Assembly (NCBI GenBank): GCA_965223705.1
Contig: OZ245015.1
Coordinates: forward strand, 4,032,001 to 4,096,000
Reading direction: 5' to 3'
Origin: Myxococcota bacterium
Lineage (GTDB): Bacteria; Myxococcota_A; UBA9160; UBA6930
DNA length: 64,000 nucleotides
The position numbers and the translations under genes are program-made. The notes below the pieces were generated by a model. That model saw only the letters and a list, made by a program, of their open reading frames with translations, had not been told where the DNA came from and ran no database searches. Positions 57,511-64,000 of the stretch are shown in pieces. Positions within the stretch are counted from its first letter, which is position 1. Every line of letters begins with the position of its first letter.

Positions 57511-60500
57511 GCACCCGCTTCGGTCGGCGTCCCCAGCTTGTCGAGGAGGCGCTGCGCTTCTTCCCGGGCGTGCTCGATGCCGCGCTCTTTCACGCCCTCG
57601 TACCCGCGGATTCGATCGGGCAAGAGCGCAATATCTCGAACGGTGTTGTGATTCTCCGCGTCGAGGTGCGCCAAGACCTCGGTGATGAGGTTCCGATACC
57701 ACGCGCCGAGGGAGCGTTCGAGCCTGCGGTGTCGCGTAAAGCCGAAAACATCGAGAGGCGTGCCGCGAACCCAGCGCATTGCGTAGAGCGCGCGGAACAA
57801 ACCCGTCGCCCACTCGCCAAGGACGAGCTTTCGGTTGCAGCCCATGCGGCGGAGAAGCGGCGGATGGAGATGAACGTGGCGCGTGATTCGTCCCTCGAAC
57901 GATTCGGTGACGCTCTCGTAGAGCGGATCTTGCAGCCACAGGCGCGCCACCTCGTACTCGTCCTTGATGGCGAGGAGCTTGTAGTAGGACGTGGCGACGG
58001 CTTGCGCGAGCCCGGTGCGGCCGGCGGCTTGCGCTTCTTCGGCTTGGTCGACTTGTACGACGAAGCGGAGATAGGAGCGCGCCAAACTCTCCCCTTGAAA
58101 GAGGAGTAGTTCGCACAAGCGCGGCGCCAGGACCTCCTCGAGCTCGTCGGGAGCCGACGCGAGGAGCTCGTCGAAAACGCGTCGCTCCTTCGGTGCGTAG
58201 CGGTCGAGCCTCGCCTCGGCGACTGCCAATGCCCGCGGAGACGGGGGATTCTCCAGATCGGCGAACGCGGTCGGGTCGGCGACCGAGAGACGCCCCCAGC
58301 GGAACGCGCGCAAGTTGTCTTCGACCGCGACTCCGTTCGCCGCGATCGCGCGCTCGATCGATGCGGCGGTTACGGGGACGCAGCCCCGCTGATAGCCCGC
58401 GCCGAGCAGGAACACATTGCTCGTCGCGCTACCGCCGAGAAGGGCCTCACAAGCCGCTTCGGCGTCGACCCAGTAAGCGTCTTCGCTGCGGCAATGCGGG
58501 GCCAACTGCTCCTTCAGACCCTCGAGGCTCGGATACCGAGCGGTGACGTCCATGACCAGCTGGGCGGTCGTCGTGCGCGCCGTGTTGGCGACGACTCGCG
58601 TCCGATCCGGTGCGAAGCGCCGGAGGTTGTCCGGGGCCGCGGTCGCCAGCAAGTCGAAAGCCAGCACCGCGTCCGCTTCGCCGGCGACGATCTTCGGGCC
58701 GTGGCGAATGGGAGCGTTCGACACCACCAAGTTCGACAGGACGGCCCCGCCTTTTTGGGACAAACCGGTTTGATCGAGATGAGCCGCATGACGACCGTCG
58801 AGCAGCGCGGCCGTCACGAGCAGCGCGTCGACGGTCACGACACCGGTCCCGCCGATTCCGATCAGCATCGTCTTGTAGGGGCGGTCGAGGGCCGGGAGCG
58901 TCGGCTCGGGAATTTCTTCGGGCGGTACGCGGTCCGCTGCCCGCGCGACAGGGCGGGTGTCGTCGCCCCAGGTCACGGTCATGAAGGAAGGGCAGTCGCC
59001 TTGGAGACACGAGTAGTCGAGATTGCACGAGCTCTGGTGAATGGCCGTCTTGCGTCCGAGCGGCGTCTTTACGGGAACCACCGAGAGGCAATTCGACTTC
59101 GCGCCGCAATCGCCGCAGCCCTCGCACACGCTCTCGTTGATGTAGACCCGCTTGCGCGGCGTCTCCTGCAAGCCGCGTTTCCGCTCTCGTCGTTTCTCGG
59201 CGGCGCACTGCTGATCGAAGATGATCACGGTGACGCCGGGCACGTCTCGCAGCTCGCGCATCACGTCGTCGTAGTCGTCGCGCGGCCGAACCTGGATGCG
59301 TTGCCCCAAGTCACTGAGCGGATAGCGATCGAAATCCTGGGTGATCACGACGACGCGCCGAGCCCCCTGAATCTGGAGCTGCCGCGCCAAGGAGGTCGGC
59401 GTCCCGAGCCCGACGACATCCTGCCCGCCCGTCATGGCGACGGCTGCGTTGTAGAGGATCCGGAACGTGATGTTCACGTTTGCCGCGACGCACGCCTCGA
59501 ATGACTTGCTGGCCGAATGAGCGAACGTACCGTCACCGACGTTCTGAAAAATGTGTTCCTTTTCGGTAAACGGCGAGAGACCCATCCAGCACGCGCCCTC
59601 GCCGCCCATCTGCGGGAGCCACGCGACGCCGCGATCCATCCACGTAGCCATCGCGTGGCAGCCGATGCCGCCGCCCGCTTGATCGGAGCCCTCGGGCAGC
59701 TTGGTCGATGTGTTGTGCGGACAACCGCTGCAGAAATAGGGCGTCCGGGACATGACATCGCCGTAGGAGCGCTCGTCGACCGCGCGCAGGCGTTCCGTTC
59801 GTTCCCGCAGCGCGGGCCATCGCAACCGCTCCGCGAGAAAGTCCGCGAGCGCGACGGCGATGCCATCCGCCGAGAGCTCGCCGTGCGCGGCGAACAACAC
59901 GTTGTCTCGCGCGTCCCGCTTGCCGAAGACCAACGGGCGCGCCGACAAGTTGTAGAGGGCTTCGCGGATCTGTGTCTCGAGAAAACCCCGCTTGTCCTCG
60001 ACGACGACGATCTCCGCGAGTCCTGCGGCGAAAGCGCGCAGTGCCTGCTCTTCCAACGGTGCGATGAGGGCCGGCTTGTAGACGCGAATGCCGGCGCGGC
60101 GCAGATCCTCCTCGGACAAGCCGAGGAGATCCAAGGCGTGAACCAGGTCGTAGTAAGTCTTCCCCGCCGCGACCACCCCGATGCGGTCTTCCGGCGTGCT
60201 GACCATCACGCGATCGAGCTCGTTCTCCCGCGCGTAAGCGAGTGCCGCGGCGGTGCGCTCGTAGTAGATCTGGCGCTCCATCTCGACGCTAAAAGGCGGG
60301 AGCAGCCGGTGATCTTGCTGTTTGCGGAAGGGCCGGCCGTCGATCTCGAACCGGGGGATGCGGGGCGCTTGAGGCGGCGCGAGCGACACGGTGGCGCCCG
60401 CGTCGGCGACGTTCGTCACGATCTTGAGCGCACTCCACAAGCCGCTGTAGCGCGACATGCCGATGGCGTGCAGGCCGATGGAAAGGACTTCTTCGGGATT

Positions 60501-61040
60501 TCCCGGGTAGAGCACCGGAAACGAGAGATCGTAGAAGCTCACCGTGCTGTCGCCCGGAATCGTCGAGCTCTTGCACGCGAGGTCATCCCCGGCGAGCGCC
60601 ACGGCGGCGCCCAACGGCCCCGTCCCCAGGAAGTTCGCGTGACGGAACGCGTCGCCCGTCCGATCGACCCCGGGGCTCTTCCCGTACCAGATCGAGACGA
60701 CTCCCTCGTACCGTTCGTGAGGGAAATGCTCGAGGAGCTGTGCCCCATAGAGGGCTGTGGCCGCGACTTCCTCGTTGATTCCCGGCCGAAAAACCACGTC
60801 GTGCTCGGCGAGGTGATGCGCGGCCCGGGTGAGCTGTTTGTCGTACTCGCCGAGCGGCGAGCCCTGATAGCCGGTGATGAACGTTCCGATCCGGTGTCCG
60901 GCAGCGCGGTCGAGGCGGGCCTGGTCGAGAGGAAGGCGGACCAGCGCCTGGATTCCGGTCATGGCAACCCGCCCTTCGGACTTCACGTACTTGTCGTCGA
61001 GCGAGAACGGGGCGGGCACGAGAAGAGCGTACTCGGGCAC
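57507..61040 (-). CDS. Indolepyruvate:ferredoxin oxidoreductase family (fused alpha/beta)
   Basis: 'GYQGSPLG', 'WYGKSPGVDR', 'RTPYFCSGCPHN', TPP 'GDGTF.HS', 'CEGCGDC', 'GIGGTGVVT', 'KDEYEVARL'. Confidence 0.93.
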   Translation of the reverse strand: MPEYALLVPAPFSLDDKYVKSEGRVAMTGIQALVRLPLDQARLDRAAGHRIGTFITGYQGSPLGEYDKQLTRAAHHLAEHDVVFRPGINEEVAATALYGAQLLEHFPHERYEGVVSIWYGKSPGVDRTGDAFRHANFLGTGPLGAAVALAGDDLACKSSTIPGDSTVSFYDLSFPVLYPGNPEEVLSIGLHAIGMSRYSGLWSALKIVTNVADAGATVSLAPPQAPRIPRFEIDGRPFRKQQDHRLLPPFSVEMERQIYYERTAAALAYARENELDRVMVSTPEDRIGVVAAGKTYYDLVHALDLLGLSEEDLRRAGIRVYKPALIAPLEEQALRAFAAGLAEIVVVEDKRGFLETQIREALYNLSARPLVFGKRDARDNVLFAAHGELSADGIAVALADFLAERLRWPALRERTERLRAVDERSYGDVMSRTPYFCSGCPHNTSTKLPEGSDQAGGGIGCHAMATWMDRGVAWLPQMGGEGACWMGLSPFTEKEHIFQNVGDGTFAHSASKSFEACVAANVNITFRILYNAAVAMTGGQDVVGLGTPTSLARQLQIQGARRVVVITQDFDRYPLSDLGQRIQVRPRDDYDDVMRELRDVPGVTVIIFDQQCAAEKRRERKRGLQETPRKRVYINESVCEGCGDCGAKSNCLSVVPVKTPLGRKTAIHQSSCNLDYSCLQGDCPSFMTVTWGDDTRPVARAADRVPPEEIPEPTLPALDRPYKTMLIGIGGTGVVTVDALLVTAALLDGRHAAHLDQTGLSQKGGAVLSNLVVSNAPIRHGPKIVAGEADAVLAFDLLATAAPDNLRRFAPDRTRVVANTARTTTAQLVMDVTARYPSLEGLKEQLAPHCRSEDAYWVDAEAACEALLGGSATSNVFLLGAGYQRGCVPVTAASIERAIAANGVAVEDNLRAFRWGRLSVADPTAFADLENPPSPRALAVAEARLDRYAPKERRVFDELLASAPDELEEVLAPRLCELLLFQGESLARSYLRFVVQVDQAEEAQAAGRTGLAQAVATSYYKLLAIKDEYEVARLWLQDPLYESVTESFEGRITRHVHLHPPLLRRMGCNRKLVLGEWATGLFRALYAMRWVRGTPLDVFGFTRHRRLERSLGAWYRNLITEVLAHLDAENHNTVRDIALLPDRIRGYEGVKERGIEHAREEAQRLLDKLGTPTEAGA

Positions 61041-61143
61041 GCCACCGGGGTCGAGACGCCCCGAGCCGGTCGGTTTAAAGGTTTCAGGGTTTCGTTTCGA
61101 AGAGATTCATGCTAACGGCGTTCCCTGGGGTGAGGAGAATCCG

Positions 61144-61713
61144 ATGACAACGTCCGTCCTCTGGCGCTCCACGCGCGCTGTGGGGCTCTGCTGCGCAATG
61201 GGATTGGTGTTCGCAGCCGCGGCCGACGCCGCGTGGATCAGCGGCAACGTCCGGCTCAATCTTCGGAGCGGGCCGGGCAACGAGTATCGGATTCTCGGAA
61301 GCCTCGAGACCGGGGACGAACTCGAAGTCCTCGAACGCGGTAAACGCTGGACACGCATCCGGAATTCTGAAGGCGTCGTCGGCTATATCCCCGGGGGCTA
61401 CCTGGAGGACACACCGCCGGCCGAGGTTCGAGCGGCGGAGCTGAGCACACAGGTCGAGGAACTCACGGCAAAGCTCTCTGCGAGCGAAAGCGAGGCGGAA
61501 AGCCTACGCACCACGAACGAGAATCTTTCGGGCAATGACGAGACCCAAGAAGCCGAGATCGATCGCTTGACCCTCGAGAATGCCGAGCTCAAGGCCGGCG
61601 CGCGATGGCCGGAGTGGATCACCGGCGCGTTCATCCTCTCGACCGGCATGGCGCTCGGCGCGATCTTGCGCGGTCTCGCCGGCCGCGGCCGCCGCCAGCG
61701 CATCAAGCTCTAG
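61144..61713 (+). CDS. SH3-domain protein, TIGR04211/YgiM-like
   Basis: Signal peptide, 'LRSGPGNEYRIL', coiled coil, C-terminal TM helix followed by basic tail. Confidence 0.85.
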   Translation: MTTSVLWRSTRAVGLCCAMGLVFAAAADAAWISGNVRLNLRSGPGNEYRILGSLETGDELEVLERGKRWTRIRNSEGVVGYIPGGYLEDTPPAEVRAAELSTQVEELTAKLSASESEAESLRTTNENLSGNDETQEAEIDRLTLENAELKAGARWPEWITGAFILSTGMALGAILRGLAGRGRRQRIKL

Positions 61714-61722
61714 ACGACGCCC

Positions 61723-63111
61723 TCAGAGCCTCGGGGGAATCAGGAACATCGCGACCGTGCTCACCGCGGCGCACGCCAAGGCGATGAGGAACGTGTACCC
61801 CACGACCTCGCCAAAGCGCATCCGCGTCACGGCGAGAATCGGAATCGCGAAGAACGGTTGGATCAAGTTTGTCGTCGAGTCGCCGTACGCGTAGGCCAAG
61901 AGCGTCGTGACAACCGAGACGTCGAGCTTCTCCGCCGCGGCGAGTAGGAACGGCGCTTCGATCAGCCATTTCGACCCCGCTGACGGGATGAAGAGATTCA
62001 TGAAGCCGGAATAGACGTAGACCACGAAGGGATAGGTCTCTGTCGTCGACAGTCGCGCGAAGAGATCGCCGATCCAGTGCCCGAGATCGGTGTGAATCAT
62101 CAAACCGAAGATTCCCGCATAGAACGGGAACTGCACGATGATGCCCCAAGCGGAATCCACACCGTTTCGACAAGCGCGCAGGAATGGAAGCGGCCTGCCG
62201 TGGAGAAGCATCGCCGTCACCAGGAACACGGTGTTGTACGCGTTGATCGTCCAACTCGTGCCGAAACCCCGGGTGATCATCGAATGTCCGAGGGGGTAGG
62301 CGAACAGGACGACGGCGAGGAGGACCCAGATCCGCGAGCGTTCGAGCTTCGAGCGGGGTGTCCCATCATCCGGCGGATCTTCGGGAGGGGTCGGCAGAAT
62401 GGCATCGAGTTCTTCGGGGCCGAGTGTTTTCGCGTCGCGCGATGGATGCAGTGCAATCGCTGCGAGCCAAGCCGTCAGCGCGATGATCGGCAGGTAGACC
62501 AGGTTGAACGGGTGAAAGAGCGTTTCGGTCACCGGATACAGGCGGTCGACAACGGGCGCACCCGTCGCGGGTTCGAGCAGCGGATTGCCCGGTGTCGCGA
62601 GAATCAGGGGCGCGGAACCCGAAAAACCGCCGTGCCAAACCGTGCCGATTCCCATGTAACAGGCGGCGATCATGATGCGCACGTCCGCTTTGGGATTGCG
62701 GCGGCACAGAAACGGAACGAACAGCGCGCACGCGACCAGGCAAAGCGCCCAGTTGAGGTAGCCCGTCACGAACGAAAAACACGCGGCCAGGGTGACCGCC
62801 TGCAGGGGCTTTTCCGGATCGGGGACCGAAGCCAAACGGTCGAGGAGGCGGAACACGGGCTTCGATGCGACACACGCGCTCGCGGCGACCATGGCGATCG
62901 AGAATTGCATCGCCAGGGTCAGCAGCAGCCAGACGCCGTCGCCCCAAGCCAACAGAGCTTCCGCGACCGTCGCGCCGCCGCCCGTGATCGACAACACCAG
63001 GGCCAGCGCCGTCAAGGCCATACAGATGACCCACGCGTCCGGCACCCAGCGCTCGGTCACACGAGAAAACGCGGCACCCGCGCGTCGAGCGCCCTCGAGC
63101 AACACGTTCAT
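61723..63111 (-). CDS. Short-chain fatty acid transporter (AtoE family)
   Basis: 'ERWVPD', 'WHGGFSGSAPL', 'QFPFYAGIFG', 'NLFIPSAG', 'YGD..TNLIQPF'. Confidence 0.88.
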   Translation of the reverse strand: MNVLLEGARRAGAAFSRVTERWVPDAWVICMALTALALVLSITGGGATVAEALLAWGDGVWLLLTLAMQFSIAMVAASACVASKPVFRLLDRLASVPDPEKPLQAVTLAACFSFVTGYLNWALCLVACALFVPFLCRRNPKADVRIMIAACYMGIGTVWHGGFSGSAPLILATPGNPLLEPATGAPVVDRLYPVTETLFHPFNLVYLPIIALTAWLAAIALHPSRDAKTLGPEELDAILPTPPEDPPDDGTPRSKLERSRIWVLLAVVLFAYPLGHSMITRGFGTSWTINAYNTVFLVTAMLLHGRPLPFLRACRNGVDSAWGIIVQFPFYAGIFGLMIHTDLGHWIGDLFARLSTTETYPFVVYVYSGFMNLFIPSAGSKWLIEAPFLLAAAEKLDVSVVTTLLAYAYGDSTTNLIQPFFAIPILAVTRMRFGEVVGYTFLIALACAAVSTVAMFLIPPRL

Positions 63112-63118
63112 GAAGGGC

Positions 63119-63982
63119 CTATGCGATCTCTGCGAGCCAACTCGAAACCGCGCGACCGATCTCGTCCGGCGAATCTTCTTGGATGAAGTGGGAGCCTTTC
63201 ACCGTCACTTCGCGCTGATTCGGCCAGCTGCGGCAGAACTCGCGCTGGGGCCCGATGAGAATGGCACCGGGATCCGCGTTGATGAACAGCTTGGGGAGCG
63301 GACTCGCGGCGAGCCAATTCGCGTAAGCGTCGACGATCTCGGTGACGTCGGCGGGCTCACCGTCGATCGGTATTTGACGGGGCCACGTGAGCGTCGGGCG
63401 GCGATCTTCACCGGATTCGCGGAAGGGTGTGCGATAAGCATCCATTTCCTCGTCGGTCAGCTTCCGGAGGATCGAGCCCGGAAGCACGCGCTCGACGAAC
63501 ACATTCTGCTCGAGGACCATCGCTTCGCCGGCGGGTGAGCGAAAACCCTGAAACACTTTTTTCGGTGCTTCGGGCCACTCCGCCCAGGTTAGCGGCCTCA
63601 CGATGGCTTCCATGTATGCGATGCCGCGCACGGCGTCGCGGTGGCGGTTCGCCCAGTCGAAGCCCAGCGCCGAACCCCAATCGTGGATCACGAGCGTGAC
63701 GTTCTCCTTTACGCCCAGGGCGTCGAGCAGGCCGTCCAAATAATCGCGATGTTCGACAAAGCGATACCGGTCGGGGCCGCTCGGTTCGAGCTTTTCGGAA
63801 TCTCCCATGCCGATGAGATCCGGCGCGATGCAGCGCCCTTGCGCGGTCAGGTGGGGCATGATGTTGCGCCACAGGTAACTCGACGTGGGATTGCCGTGGA
63901 GAAAGACGATCGGGTCGCCGCTTCCCATCTCGACGTAAGCCATTTGTTTTCCGGCGACTTGGGTGTGTTTCTTGTCTGTCAT
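63119..63982 (-). CDS. Haloalkane dehalogenase (HLD-II, LinB/DhaA-like)
   Basis: '[11 protein letters not shown]', nucleophile 'HDWGSALG', 'YMEAIV', 'TWPRQIP', 'HFIQEDSP'. Confidence 0.93.
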   Translation of the reverse strand: MTDKKHTQVAGKQMAYVEMGSGDPIVFLHGNPTSSYLWRNIMPHLTAQGRCIAPDLIGMGDSEKLEPSGPDRYRFVEHRDYLDGLLDALGVKENVTLVIHDWGSALGFDWANRHRDAVRGIAYMEAIVRPLTWAEWPEAPKKVFQGFRSPAGEAMVLEQNVFVERVLPGSILRKLTDEEMDAYRTPFRESGEDRRPTLTWPRQIPIDGEPADVTEIVDAYANWLAASPLPKLFINADPGAILIGPQREFCRSWPNQREVTVKGSHFIQEDSPDEIGRAVSSWLAEIA

Positions 63983-64000
63983 CGGCCGTCCTTCGAGCTT

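Overview
High-GC bacterial chromosomal window. The ffs-dnaX-ybaB-recR-mglB-mglA synteny and a PEP-CTERM protein point to a Myxococcota/Deltaproteobacteria-like lineage (inference). The right ~45 kb is mostly housekeeping and metabolic: priA, def, fmt, rsmB, rpe, greA, ribB, tatD, gltX, pip, metG, hemB, gpmI, an indolepyruvate:ferredoxin oxidoreductase, an AtoE-like transporter and a haloalkane dehalogenase. The window also has three tRNAs (Ser-CGA, Pro-CGG, Asn-GTT) and the SRP RNA. The left ~15 kb looks accessory. It holds a candidate acyl-amide signal synthesis/export/sensing cassette: AsnB amidotransferase, MMPL exporter, FeeM/LuxI-fold acyltransferase, PDZ/multi-TM histidine kinase, response regulator and a REC-PAS-GGDEF-EAL protein. 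Features the ORF track misses or truncates: (1) a probable selenoprotein peroxiredoxin with in-frame TGA at the peroxidatic Cys and a SECIS-like hairpin; (2) a CutF/CruR-like Cys/Pro-rich leader gene whose 3' end can pair with the RBS of a Met/His-rich outer-membrane protein; (3) a recurring TAnnnT-N6-start leaderless promoter architecture at nine genes; (4) 3 x 99-bp structured repeats behind tRNA-Ser; (5) a probable CTG-initiated RidA; (6) a COG0523 GTPase fused to a molybdopterin-oxidoreductase-like domain. All calls come from reading motifs by eye; no database searches were run.
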